A stretch of DNA of 64,000 nucleotides from Antedon mediterranea (taxonomy: Eukaryota; Animalia; Echinodermata). The translations under genes were made by a program, and so were the position numbers. The DNA is taken from the NCBI RefSeq assembly GCF_964355755.1, contig NC_092673.1, positions 13,550,948 through 13,614,947 on the forward strand, written 5' to 3'. Below the pieces are notes generated by a model. The model saw only the letters and a program-made list of their open reading frames with translations. It made no database searches and was not told the DNA's origin. The first letter of the stretch is position 1; each line of letters opens with the position of its first letter. Shown here one piece after another: positions 12,797-26,254 of this stretch.

Positions 12797-13984
12797 AGAT
12801 GCAGTCTTAACTCTTCTTGACTCTGTTTATTCTGGTCTCGAGAGACCGCGATCATATGTTTGCTCTATGTTCTTTGATTTCTCTTCAGCCTTTAATACTA
12901 TCCAATCACATATTCTGCTCCGGAAACTCCGTGATATGAATATTAATTCAGTGTTCACACATAATCTTGTGGATTTGTGATTTTCTATCAAACAGACCAC
13001 GTGGTTAGGATAGGTGGACTTTCTTCTAGTACTCTTTTCACTTCCTCAGGGATGTGTTCTTTCTCCTGTTCTTTTCTCTCTTTACACAAATGACTTTAAA
13101 ATTGAAAGTAATTATGTTAGTATAGTTAAGTATGCAGATGATTCTGTTGTTACGGGTATAATTCAGCATAACTGTGAAGATGAGTATAGAAATACACTTA
13201 AGTTGTTTGAGTCGTGGTGTAAGAAAAATTTTCTTATATTGAACGCGGATAAAGACCAAAGAATTAATTTTTGATTTCAGAAAGAAGAAAAGTGTTATTG
13301 ATAATATTGTATTAAACGACCAAAAGATAGAAACTGTAAAAGAACATAAATATTTAGGAACAATGGTAGATTGTGAATTAAATTAGAATGCAAATACTGT
13401 AAATATTGTTAAAAAATGTAATCAACGGCTGTACCCTCTCAGAAAGCTGAACTCTTTCAGAGTGAATAATGATGTACTTTTTATGTTTCACCAGAGTGTT
13501 ATTCTTGGTGTTGTAACTTTCAGCTGTGTTGTTTGGTACAATAGTCTGAGTGCTAATGATAAAAAGAAACTTGACCGTACTATGAAAACTGCTAGTAAAA
13601 TAATAGGAAGGAATGTCAATGTTATCGACGCAGTTAATTTACAGGCGCGATGTTATTAGCCAAGTTAAGAAAATAATGGAAGATAACTCGCACCCATTGA
13701 ATGATAAATATGTTGTTAATAAATCAGGTAGAATTCGTCCTTTAATGTGCAATACCACTCAATGTAGGAACTCATTGTCCACAACTCTATTCATGTTTCC
13801 AACACAACATTCCAAAGATAGTTTGTTTACTTGTTTACTACTGTATATAGTTTTAATGTATTGTATTGATATTTTTAATGTTTTATATATTGTATGTGTT
13901 TTTAAGCATCAAGGAAAACCAATTTCATGGTCGCCTTGTTGTGTTCATGACAATAAAGATTTATTTTATCTTATCTTATCTTAT
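12797..13984 (+). mobile_element. 5'-truncated Rex1/Babar-like LINE (RT pseudogene)
   Basis: FFDFSSAFNTI, PQGCVLSPVLFSLYTND, KYADD, WCKKNFLILN.(K)TKELIFDFRK. Ends in AATAAA plus a (TCTTA)n tail. Confidence 0.85.
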
Positions 13985-14065
13985 ATTTGATATGATATGT
14001 GCAATATGATAGATACGAGAAAATTAACTAAAACAAATAAAACCAAATCTTTTGATCGCCAATCA

Positions 14066-14230
14066 GTGTTCCCTGTCCTCCAACTCTACTATCTGTGCTT
14101 AGATCATTTCACGATGGAATGCAGGGTTGTGTTGTTCAATATGATGGCGATCTCTCTGACTCTTTTTCCATAAATAGGATGAGTCACAAGCAAAGCCAAG
14201 TTTCCGTACCTCTCTCTTTGGAATATAGCC
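14066..14230 (+). mobile_element. RTE-clade LINE RT fragment
   Basis: CPPTLLSVLRSFHDGMQGCVVQYDGDLSDSF matches the RTE/BovB pattern P..F...R.FHDGM...V. Confidence 0.65.
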
Positions 14231-15248
14231 TACTTCTCTTACGTGTTTCAGAGAGCCTTCATAAACCAGCTATGTTCTTAATGTATTCCACTTTAAAGTT
14301 AAAAAAACATGGGTGCAACACTTCATTATTATAGAACAGATGCAGCATTTTGTGATAACAACCTTTTTCAACTTTAATATCTGTCTTGATGGTTCTTACA
14401 GTTGGCGGGTTCTTACAGTTGGCATGTGTCAACTTCTTTGGCCCTAATGACCCTGCTCGATCGATTTTGCTAGCAGGAAAGGCCGAAGGTTTCGGCAGTT
14501 ACAAATAAATTGGCCTAAAAAACACATTTTCGTACAATTTGCCGTTCTAATATAGACTAATTGATAAAGGGGAACTAAAAGGTGTGCAAGATAGAACCGC
14601 GGACTTGCGGTTTAGGAGGAGATAGAGGAACACATTTTGGGTATTATAATATAGATAATTTTATTATAGTAATCTTATCTTATTAATTATCACAATTAGC
14701 ATTGTTCTTTGGCTGAATCACAAATTAATGGTTACAGATTATACCATCTCAATCCATATCACTATATGGCAGCAAAGATATGTTTGATACTTTTTATACT
14801 TCTCATGAAAATGACAAACTTAAATATATTTTGGGATACTCAAGATAATTTAATTGATGAAGAGTGTGAAAATATTTTGGATAGTTTTTGTAAAAGATAC
14901 CTAAAACAAGCATGGAAATTTCTAAATGATTTACTGAATTCCATAACTCAATAACTATGTTATCTACATTGCTACATTAAGTAAATTGAAAAGGGGTGGG
15001 TGAGGGGGTTGGTGGGTTTACGTAATAACCTGAGTTTAGTCAGGTGATTTTATTTAATACACTTTTACTATATTTTGTTTTGTATTCATTTGTGTAAAGT
15101 AATGATCTACTGTATGTATCGATGTAAATTGGGGGTGGGGTAGGATAGGGGTTGTTAGTTGCTTTTGCCTTTTTACTTTTCTATTAATTGTTATTAGGTG
15201 ATCATTTAGAATAAAATGATCACCTATTGTTATTGTATGAAATCTTTA

Positions 15249-16869
15249 TTGGTTATCCGCCTCAAGCGGATAAGCATTTGTTATTGTAGTGTTACTTTTT
15301 TTTTTTTTTATTATTCTTCTTTCTTTCTCAGATTTTGTGCACGCGTTTTCTCTTCAACGTGTTAACATAACATTTTGTAACTTGGTCAACATATAGACAA
15401 TTAACTGAAGATGTACTGCCAAGCTTTTTGACAATGTCAGATCCGCGTAGCGTAAGTTACGCGCGATTTTCTGAAAATCTTAAATCGGTCATAACTTCGA
15501 AACCGATAAATATTTTTTAACGAAATTTTCAGCCACGTTTTCTTCACATCAATGGCTAACTTTTGGAATGTTTAACAAATTTTTGGAGATTAGAAAGTTT
15601 TCGCGTAAATTGCGTTTGAAATATTTTACTCTTCTTATTTTGTGCACGCTGTTTCTCTTCAACGTGTAAACATAATATGTTGTAACTTGTTCAGCATTTA
15701 GACATTTTACTGAAGTTGTCCAGCCAAGCTTTTTGACGATGTCAGAGCCGCGTAGCGTAAGTTACGCGTGATTTTCTGAAAATCTTAAATTGGTTATAAC
15801 TTCGAAACAAATGAATATTTTTTAACGTCATTTTCAGCCACGTTTGCTTCACATCAATAGTTAACTTTTTTAACGCTACCCCAATTTGTAACATTAGAAA
15901 GTGCGCGCGTAAATGGCGTTTGAAATTTTAAAATGCTTCAAATCAATTTCTGATCAAATTAGAGCACGATTCAGGTCATTTTAAGCGTTAAAAAAATTGC
16001 CACTGGTGCGCACATTTTTACGCGCGCACGACGCAGAGAACACGTATGAACATTTCTTTTGCACGATTTGTGTTTTTAAATCTTCGGTTAACAATTTTAC
16101 GTTATTTTATTCACTTTTCAACTTGAAATGGCGTTCTACGAGCACGTTAAACATGACAGGTTGCGCACGAAAACGTCAACAAATTGTGAAAATGTTGCAA
16201 AATATGTCTACTTTTAAAAATGAAACAGTTCATCAGAATGCAAGGTTACCCCCATTTTTTATTTTATTTTCTTGCAGTGTATTAATCATAGGTCTAATTT
16301 ATTATAGTCTTGAATGTTAAAAAGTGTTTGATAGCTACATTATTTGCATATTAAATGTAATTTTTGAAATAATTATCATCAAACTAACATAAACATATTC
16401 AAAGAGTAAAACAATATACATAACGTTTATCTTTTTTCTTTACATGTTAATATATAAAACTTGAAAGTATGCACTTTCATAATATGTAACTGTTTAAAAT
16501 TTGTGAAGATTTCATCATAGTAAAAATTATGATTTAAGTTTGATATGTAATAATCAACTTGCATCGAGGGGGTTCACGACATACCGAATGAACGAGGACT
16601 CTTTCTTCGGATTTTCTTCAGCAGGTGCTCATATGGCTCGATGTGTAGTGCAACCGACTTTGGTATCAGAGGTACCGGGATCGAATCCCATCACGGGAAA
16701 GCAATTAAATAAAAAGATTTGTTTGGTTAATACACTGAAAGGACAGTTTTAATTTTGAATAGGCTACTTTTTGGAAAAGTCACAACTGAAAAGTACTTGA
16801 ATGCGCAAGATATGTTTTGTTGCGGGCGGATAACCAAACTCGTCCTCAAGTGACGAGTTTAGATCTAGT
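15249..16869 (+). mobile_element. HINE B1
   Basis: 5' TTGGTTATCCGCCTCAAGCGGATAA. 3' GGCGGATAACCAA, hairpin AACTCGTC..GACGAGTT, end CTAGT. Internal ~300-bp tandem duplication. Confidence 0.85.
16626..16698 (+). other. tRNA-like/SINE-head-like segment inside HINE B1 (not a functional tRNA)
   Basis: A-box-like TGGCTCGATGTG and B-box-like GGATCGAATCCC at tRNA-like spacing. Cloverleaf pairing is poor. Confidence 0.55.
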
Positions 16870-19800
16870 TGGTTATCCGCAACGAAGTTGCAGGATAACC
16901 TCTTGTGATTGTACGAAATCATCATCAACATCAACTTTTTATTAGTTATCCGCATTGAGCGGATAACTCCTTGTAACTGTACTGGATCAATTTCTATGTT
17001 TTTCTTCTTTCTTTCCTCCACTTTTTTGTGGCTCATGTATCTCTAAAATGTGTTAACATAACATTTCATAACTTTGTCAACATATGAACATTTATATGAA
17101 GTTGTGCAGCATGTATTTTTTAAATACGTCAGAGTTGCGCAACATGACTTACGTGCGATTTTATGAATTTCAATGATTGATCATAGATTAAAAACCAAGC
17201 ATAATTTTTTTTTTACACTTTGTGAAAATTTAAGTCATATCAAGGGAAAACTTTTTGTGGATTAAAAATGGCATGTTTTACAAGAAGTTACGCGCGCATG
17301 CGCATTTAAAATTTCAAAATGCACAAAATTTATTTCTAATCAACTTTCTACGCGTTTCATGTCATTTTAAGCATGTCAAAAATTCCCACGGATGCGCAAA
17401 TTTTTGCGCGCGCGGTGTACACAAAGCGTGAAATACGTCAATGTTTTACGTAAATCATATTTTTCCAGCCTTTTATAGTAATTTTACCAAATATGGAACC
17501 ATTTCGACTTAAAATTACGTCAATACGAGCACGTCGAATTGGACAATTTGCGCATGTTTTTGATGAAAAGGTTCAAAAATTCATCAAAATCATGCCCTTT
17601 TTTAAACAGTCGTAGTTTCTAAACTAAACGGTGAAAGTTATTTTTATTACATATTCTGGAAGTTGATGAGTTGTAGATATCGGTTCATGCTTTAATATGG
17701 CTAACCGGACATTGTGACGTCATCCTATGGCCACGCGAATATAAAATATAGGATTTTTGTATCTTTCGTCATAGCTCATCACATTTAATTGAGCGCATCT
17801 CCACTTATCTGTTTCTCATTTTCATCCCGATTTTTATATTTTCTAGGTCAATCAACTATCTTTCGCATTAGTTAAAAATATTTTAATTTTTATTACGTAA
17901 TGATGTCTAAAAATGTAGATAACCTGGGTCACTTATTTTCATCTTTACAGTAAATTTCAATCTGTTATAGCTCGTCAGAATAAAACGTGATAATCATGAT
18001 TAAAACATTTTCAGGAAGCTATTGGATTGTAGATACGAATTCATGTGAACATTTTGCCAATTAGATGTTGTGACGTCATCATATGGCCAGTTAAATAAAA
18101 AAAGTCGTATTTTCATCTTTTGCATCATAGTTCATTACATTTAAAAGAGCGCGCATCAATATTTCACATATTCAAATTTCTTAAATACGTTAATATGTTG
18201 TTGCTGAGATAATTTCCTTCCGAAATTGCTATCTTAGTTTTTCATTTTGATACCGTCGCCATGTTAAAAATTGGAATAAATAGCTGGTCCTGTAATTTCA
18301 CCTATTCTACACTGTATGTAGTATACAGATTATACCGTTTGCACTGTATATACCATATGACACAAAATTGACAGAATTCAGCACTAAACAGCATATCATA
18401 TTCTTCAGTTCAGGTCATAATGCCATAATCTTTTTCTGTGTGCAAACTGTCAACGTATGACGTGCACGTGGCGTTTGTGTGGTGCGGATAACTAACTCGT
18501 CAAAGTGACGAGTTACATGTCTAGTTTCTCTTCTTTCTTTCTGTATGATTTTTGTGGAACGCTTTTCTCGAAAACTTGCAAACATAACATTTTGTAACTT
18601 TCTCAAAATATCGTCATGCACATGAAGATGTGCAGCGAAGCTTTTCATGATGTTTACAATTGCGCAACGTGACTTAAGCGCGATTTAACGATTTTGTCGT
18701 ATTTAACATAGCTCGACAACCAAATAACATTTCAACTTGAAACTTTGCAAAAGTTTAATTTATATCATGCGCTAACTTTCTGTTGAAAAAAAATTGCGTG
18801 TTTTACACAAAGTTACGCGCGCACGCGCATATAAAATTTCAAAATGCGCAAAATTAATTTATAATCAACTTTCTACGCGTTTCATGTCGTTTTAAGCATG
18901 TCAAAAATTCCCACGCGTGCGCACATTTTTACGTGTGCGGTGCGCACGTAGCATTGAAAACGTAATTTTTTCGCGTGATTTATGTTGTTCCAGCTTTTTC
19001 AAGTAATTTTACCAAATTTTAAACAATTTCGACTTAAAGATACGTCATACGAGCACGTCGAATTGGACAATTGGCGCGCGTTTTTTATGAAAAGGTTAAA
19101 AAATTCGTTTAAAATATGCTTTTTTTTAAACAGTCGTAATTTCTAAACTAGACGGTCAACTTTTTGTGGATGGCATATTCTGGAAGTAGATGAGTTGTAG
19201 ATATCGGATCAGGTAGTAATATGGCTAACCGGACATTGTGACGTCATCGTATGGCCACACGAATATAAAATTTAGGATTTTTGTATCTTTCGTCATAGCT
19301 CATCACATTGAATAGAGCGCATCTCCACTTATCCGTTTTCCATTTTCACCCCGATTTTGATATTGTCTAGGTCAATCAAGTATCTTTCGCATGAGTTAAA
19401 AATATTTTAATTTTTTTTACGTCATCATGCCTAAAAATTTAAATCACGTGTGGCATTAATTTCATCTTTACAGTAAATTTTAATCTGTTATAGCTCGTAA
19501 GAATAAAATGTGATAATCACGATTAAAACTTTTTCTGGAAGCTATTGGATTGTAGATACGAAATTATGTAAAAATGTTGCGAATCGGATGTTGTGACGTC
19601 ATCATATGGCCAGTTAAATAAAAAAGGTCGTATTTTCATCTTTTGCGTCATAATTCATTACATTTAAAAGAGCGCGCATCAATATTTCACGTATTCAAAT
19701 TTCTTCTACACGCTAATACGTTGTTGCTGAGATAATTTCCTTTCGGAATTGCTACCTTCGCGTTTCATTTTAAAACCGTCAACATGTTAAAAATTGCAAT

Positions 19801-20046
19801 AAATAGCGGGTCCCGTAATTTCACCTATTCTACACTGTATGTGATATGGATACAGATACTGTGTATACTATATATGAATTTAAATAATAAAATTCAGCAA
19901 TAACAACATATCATATTCTTCAGTTCAGGTCATAATGCCAACGTGAACACTTCCTTTTGTCCTCAACCTATCCTCTTAATGTTAATGTTGCACCACTTGC
20001 GCGGCGGATAACCAAACTCGTCAAAGTGACAAGTTACATGTCAAGT
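16870..20046 (+). mobile_element. HINE D1 (interrupted by C1 at 16942-18525)
   Basis: 5' TGGTTATCCGCAACGAAGTTGCAGGATAACC. 3' GCGGATAACCAA plus hairpin. Highly similar to D2. Confidence 0.85.
16942..18525 (+). mobile_element. HINE C1 nested in D1
   Basis: 5' TTAGTTATCCGCATTGAGCGGATAACT. 3' TGCGGATAACTAA, CTCGTCAAAGTGACGAG hairpin, end CTAGT. Confidence 0.85.
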
Positions 20047-21636
20047 TGGTTATCCGCAACGAAGTTGCAGGATAACCTCTTGTGATTGTACGAAATCATC
20101 ATCTTTTTATTTTTCTTCTTTCTTTCTGTATGATTTTTGTGTAACGCTTTTCTCTAAAACTCGCAAACATAACATTTCGGTAACTATCTTAACATATTGA
20201 CATTTACGTAACGTCGTCAAGCGAAGCTTTTCATGATGTTTGCAATTGCGCAACGTGACGTACGCGCGATTTAACGATTTTCTCGTATTTAACATATGTT
20301 GAAAATCAAATAACATTTCAACTTGAAACTTCGCAAAAGTTTAATTTATATCATGCGCTAACTTTATGTTGAAAAAAAATTGCGTGTTTTACACAAAGTT
20401 ACGCGCGCACGCGCATTTAAAATTTCAAAATGCGCAAAATTAATTTATAATCAACTTTCTACGCGTTTCTGGTCGTTTTAAGCATGTCAAAAATTCCCAC
20501 GCGTGCGCACATTTTTACGTGTGCGGTACGCACGTAGCATTGAAAACGTATTTTTTTCGCGTGATTTATGTTTTTCCAGCCTTTTCTAGTAATTTTACCA
20601 AATTTTAAACAATTTCGACTTAAAGATACGTCATACGAGTACGTCGAATTGGACAATTTGCGCGCGTTTTTTATGAAAAGGTTAAAAAATTCGTTTAAAA
20701 TATGCCTTTTTTTAAACAGTCGTAATTTCTAAACTAGACGGTCAATTTTTTGTGGATGACATATTCTGGAAGTAGATGAGTGGTAGATATCGGATCAGGT
20801 ATTGATATGGCTAACCGGACATTGTGACGTCATCGTATGGCCACGCAAATATAAAATTTAGGATTTTTGTATCTTTCGTCATAGCTCATCACATTGAATA
20901 GAGCGCATCTCCACTTATTCGTTTTCCATTTTCACCCCGATTTTGATATTGTCTAGGTCAATCAACTATCTTTCGCATGAGTTAAAAATATTTTAATTTT
21001 TTTGACGTCATCATGCCTAAAAATTTAAATCATGTGTGGCATTAATTTCATCTTTACAGTAAATTTTAATCTGTTATAGCTCGTAAGAATAAAATGTGAT
21101 AATCACGATTAAAACTTTTTCTGGAAGCTATTGAATTTTAGATACGAAATTATGTAAAAATGTTGCCAATCGGATGTTGTGACGTCATCATATGGTCAGT
21201 TATATAAAAAAGGTCGTATTTTCATCTTTTGCGTCATAATTCATTACATTTAAACGAGCGCGCATCAATATTTCACGTATTCAAATTTCTTCTACACGCT
21301 AATACGTTGTTGCTGAGATAATTTCCTTTCGGAATTGCTACCTTCGCGTTTCATTTTAAAACCGTCAACATGTTAAAAATTGCAATAAATAGCGGGTCCC
21401 AGAATTTCACCTATTCTATGTATGTCACTGTATGTGATATGGATACAGATTATACTGTGTATACTATATATGAATTTAAATAATAAAATTCAGCAACATA
21501 TCATATTCTTCAGTTCAGGTCATAATGCCAACGTGAACACTTCCTTTTGTCCTCAACCTATCCCCTTAATGTTAATGTTGCACCACTTGCGCGGCGGATA
21601 ACCAAACTCGTCAAAGTGACGAGTTACATGTCTAGT
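20047..21636 (+). mobile_element. HINE D2 (uninterrupted, head-to-tail with D1)
   Basis: Same termini as D1; ends GCGGATAACCAAACTCGTCAAAGTGACGAGTTACATGTCTAGT. Confidence 0.88.
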
Positions 21637-23199
21637 TCTTATTCTTATTATTTATTTCTCTCTGTACAGATTTTGTGTAACAAATATCTCAAAAAGTTTA
21701 ATGTTAATGATTACCAAAATTTCACAATGTCTTTCAAATACGTTAACTTAGTCCTAATAAGCTTTTCAGCGTGATCACTCATCCGTGACGTCACGTATAC
21801 GTCATTTTGTGAAATCACATTATCAATCATATCTCCATAATTCATTATCACATATTAATGAAAATCACTACACGTAAACTTGAGGTCAAGGTAAAAAATA
21901 TTAGCAAATAAAAACTCGGGCGTTTCAAGGTCATGCGCGTAAAATCGCGCGTTGAAATTTTAAAAAGCTCAAAATTTAGTTTTTATCAATTTAGAGCATG
22001 AAATAGGCCATTTGCGTGTTTAAAAAAATTACTGCGCAAAAACACATTTTTGCGCACGCGATTTTTAAAAAGGGTAAAAAATAAAATTTGATGTATACAT
22101 CATATTCTACTCACAATCCTTAGTACATTCTCCGACTTTGAGTCCATTCCGAATTAAAATAACGCTATACGAGCACGTTAAAAATGACAAAATCCGCACA
22201 TTAATTGTACAAAAGTGCTAAAAATGGTAAAAAATAAGGCCTTTTTAAAATGAATATAACTCTTCAGAATGGCAGGTGACCCCCAATTTTTTTAACTTAT
22301 TATGGAAGCCAATAAGTTGTAGATATAAATATATATACATATTAGACGTACAAAATGGTATGACGTCATCAAATGGCCACTTGAATTTAAAAATTAGTAA
22401 TATTATCTTTTTGTGTGGGTTATCACATTCAATAGAGCGCATCTCCGTTATTTGAGCCCGATTTTCGCACACATTTTAGTATGTGCTTCATAAGTTGTCA
22501 ACATTTTTATTTTGATGACGGCATCATGCGTAAAAACTTGAATAACCTAGGTCGTGTAATTTCAGCTACACCATACATTTGAATATCTTATAGCTCCTCA
22601 GAATTAAAGGTGACCTTGAAGATTATAATTTATTATGAAAGCTGATGAAATGTAGATATGAATTCATATAAAAATTAAGCCTATCGGATGTTGTGATGTT
22701 ATCATATGGCCAGTTGAAGTTAAAAAGTAGTTTTTAAATTTCTTTAGTCGAAGTTATACAAATTTCAAAGAGCGCGCATTGCGCTTCTACGTGTCAAATT
22801 CTCTTCCAATCCTTTCGAAATTGTCATCTTTGAGTTTATTTTGATAATTCCATCATACCAAAAAATTAGAACATGATGTGTGTCCCATAATTTCACCTAT
22901 GCTACACTGTATATAGATATACAGTATTTACTGTACATTGTATATGGCATATAATAGGCACAACTCAGTACTATAGCGTATAATAGGATGGCATACATCA
23001 ACATTTTCCTATCGTATGTTAACGTACGTACATGTTTAAAAAAAATTAATTTCATTAAAATGATAAAATGATCACCTATAATTCGTCAAAGTGACGAATT
23101 AAATTCTAGTATTTTATATTGTTATTGTGAAGGATGCACCTTTGTGCTAAGTGTGCCACCGATCTAAAGGTGTAATTCCAAATAAATAAATAAATAAAT

Positions 23200-25780
23200 A
23201 TCTTCCGATAGTCTAAATCTTCGTCAGTTTCAATATCATCATCGTTTGCAGTGACTCTCGTTTGAGCATGTTCTATTCATACATAGTTCAGAACAGGTAC
23301 ATATTCCATTGCAGTGCAAGTTGCTTTTATAACACCACACATATTGATTTTACATTCACTTTTACATTCACAGCAAGTCATTGATGGAACAACTGATGGA
23401 GCTGTTGTATATCCATCCAATCAATGTCAATACTTGAACCTGTTACAACTCATCCGATTTATAATGATTGGTAGTAATTTGCTCGCAATGTCTTCTTTAG
23501 TGGATCGGAAGTTCCTGAAGATAAGATAAGCAATTGCATTGCAGAATGTAGTTCTATTTTGTATCAACCAGAGTACACAGATGACTTTCTATTAGCTTTG
23601 AAAGAAGCACAAGTCCTGTCACAACATGACCTCCTATTAATGCTTCGCATACAGACTTTCCTAGGTTCTCGGCTATATATTCTTGTGACGTTGACCGAAC
23701 GAATGGTTTCTCCCACTCCAGTAACAACTACACAATTAGTTGATATCCACTCCAGCCACATGCAGCTGTTTCCAAACCCATAACATCAGTTTCAGGTGAC
23801 TGAATTCATATGACATCTGGTTTAGGTGTTTGGTTTAATGGGTAGTGTGCATGGAGAATGAGGCGTTGGTCAGCTTCTTGCATGTTATATTCTATGCAGG
23901 TCAATATCTCTTGTGACGCCAGTCTTGCAATAAAAAGTTATCAATTATTCTTTGGATTGTCCATCACGTGGAGCCTTTTTTTAATTTCTTGTCCACTCTT
24001 TGACATGAAGTACTTATTGTAGTTACAACACTGCCGTCAGTTGATTTAACTCTCTCATCTCTTTCCTCATTTTTGATAGATACTGATGGATAGGTCTCGC
24101 ATACCCAATCCACAGGTTGAAAAAGTGAAGCATGTTGTGTAGTGAAACCTTCTTCATCGGATCATTAAACGATTTAGAATTTAGTTGATTGTTTCTTGAT
24201 ACATGTGCATTCATTGTTGGAACACACATTTAAGTTGGAGATGGTATTACTTGTAGCCACTTTCTCTGTTACAACCTTGACAAGTCCACATTTCCCCTTT
24301 TCTTTGGAATTCAGCATATCAATAGCAACTTGCTCTGAGCCTTGTCTCCCAGAAGAGATATCCGTTGGCAAAAAGGTTGTTCCATTTGTTGACAGTGTTG
24401 ATGATTCCCTGTATCTTGTCTTCATCCTCTTTCATACGTGACATACTTGCATCGTCGGCTGTAAATCTTTTTTTTACTTTTCATCATTTAGTGTTGAACA
24501 ACTCCTCATAAATACAGCTCTTTGAGTTGATAATATTTCCCATTTAAATGTTGCTGCTGGATTCATAGATATGTCAGTAATTCCCACCGTGGGATTTTAA
24601 ATCCCTGTTCACTTCCATCTCCGTTTCCTGATCAACAAGAACTCTGCAAAACGGCATTGTTTGTGCTTTTTGTTAACAGTGAAAGGAATTCCGTTTAGAA
24701 GATTTACCTCAGAATCTGTATGCGGGTCTGCAAGATTTAGCATCGTTAAAAGGTGTGTCTTGCATAGACAGTTCTTCCACAAGCAAAGAACCAAGGTAAC
24801 ATTTCTAACTCGGTGTTGAGGCCACCATCACCTGTACGAGATGCTCTGACATGGCACAATAGTATGTCAATTTGGTCCAAAAACTTGCCTTTCAATTAGC
24901 TTCTGTAATGCATCAGCCTTTCAATCTCTGGTTTCATTTGATCAATATCGCTTCTGTCTTCAATAATGCCATAAATCGAAGACGACTAATGCTTCGGCTG
25001 TTAGTGAATGAGCATAGAAACCTCTTTCCCATTGCTTTCCTTCCAACACCCTATCAACTAAGCCCTCTGCTAGAATGCGAGCCTCTATCAGAATGTCACG
25101 TAACCCAGCACTTCCAAATCCGGGATATACAAGGAAGCGAATTGCTGTGTGAAATGGACCCTGATGCAATGCTATTCGGCCCATTTGAGAATCCTGATTA
25201 ACTTTGCTAAGGATAAATTGAAAAGATTGTGTCCAAATTCCTATAAATACAATAACTGGAACGGAGCATGTACCCTTTCCATGATATGTCTATAATTTGG
25301 TCTGTCATCTCGACTGATCTTTTAAGGAAGGTGTAGGCCTATATCACATTATAATTAGGAGGTTTATGGATGGTTTGGCAGTAACCTATTTTATGGGGTA
25401 CCATCTGTACTGTATCTCTACACACGTTGAAGCCTTTCCGTCCAGGATCACATCGTCGATGTTGTTATTAATTTAAAGAAAACTCCATTCGTGTAAGTTT
25501 CCAAGCCATGCCGGTTTTATCTGCAGTATCTTTTATACTGAACTTTAAAACTGATTGTTGTGAGCGAGGTGGATTAGTCTTTTTGTTTATAATATAACTA
25601 TCAATCTGATCGACAAATGGCTTGATAGATATACGCCTTGTTCTTGAGTGACTAAAACTGATGTGTCCTGGAAGTCAATGGCTACCAATTGGTAGTCCCT
25701 GCTGAGCGATGTATCCTGTTGTATCATGTACTTGACGTGTTCCCGAGAAATGGCCGTAGTTGTTGTCCCATCCAAATAAA
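23200..25780 (-). pseudogene. Academ-like transposase relic (DDE + XPG-like + C-terminal Cys-rich)
   Basis: Motifs in the expected order: WDNN, PGWKGFN, GPFHT, AGLRDILIE..RVLEGKQW, RASRTGD..MLPWFFACGR..YAR, EADQRLILHA, and C-terminal CCECKSECKINMC..CNGICTCSELC. Many frameshifts and stops. Confidence 0.78.
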
Positions 25781-26254
25781 AGAGGAACATACCTTGTGGA
25801 ATGTGGTATCATTATTTCTAATGCGTAATTCAGCATTTGCTCCATCGATTTCATTCATCCATAAACATTTATTTCTATTAATGGTGCATAGAAAATAACA
25901 ATAACAAATTAAATAAAGAAATATATCATTAATAAAGGATTTTACAAAAAGTAAAACACGTAAAACCCTTAGGACAAAACAAGGGAGACTCATTGATGCA
26001 GTTTTGATTTTTGTTTAGAAGAGAACTTAAAGACAGGCTTCCTGTATTTGCTTGGCTTAGTCATTCCAAAGCTTTCCGACAATCGGTCTTTCTAATATCT
26101 CACAGGATGCCGTGATCCTGCACGAAATCACACATCATCTTCGCTTCGTCAACATCGACGATTGCCCTTTTCTTCTCGTTGACATGTACTACTGCTGATG
26201 TACAGTAAGAGGAAAGGCGTAATCGATATTCTCATGTATAGGTGACGCATTGGA

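Larger units (their letters stand above)
15194..23110 (+). mobile_element. Helentron-type non-autonomous element (HINE) A1, split into 15194-15248 and 21637-23110 by nested insertions
   Basis: 5' palindrome AGGTGATCATTT..AAAATGATCACCT. 3' subTIR AAAATGATCACCT, hairpin AATTCGTCAAAGTGACGAATT, end CTAGT. The rejoined halves are colinear with copy A2 at 32601-34432. Confidence 0.85.

Noticed and set aside
16626-16698. Functional tRNA gene
   Set aside because: Acceptor and anticodon stems do not pair properly, and it lies within a mobile element.
15997-22472. Short ORFs within the HINE stack
   Set aside because: Not conserved as open frames between near-identical copies; chance ORFs.
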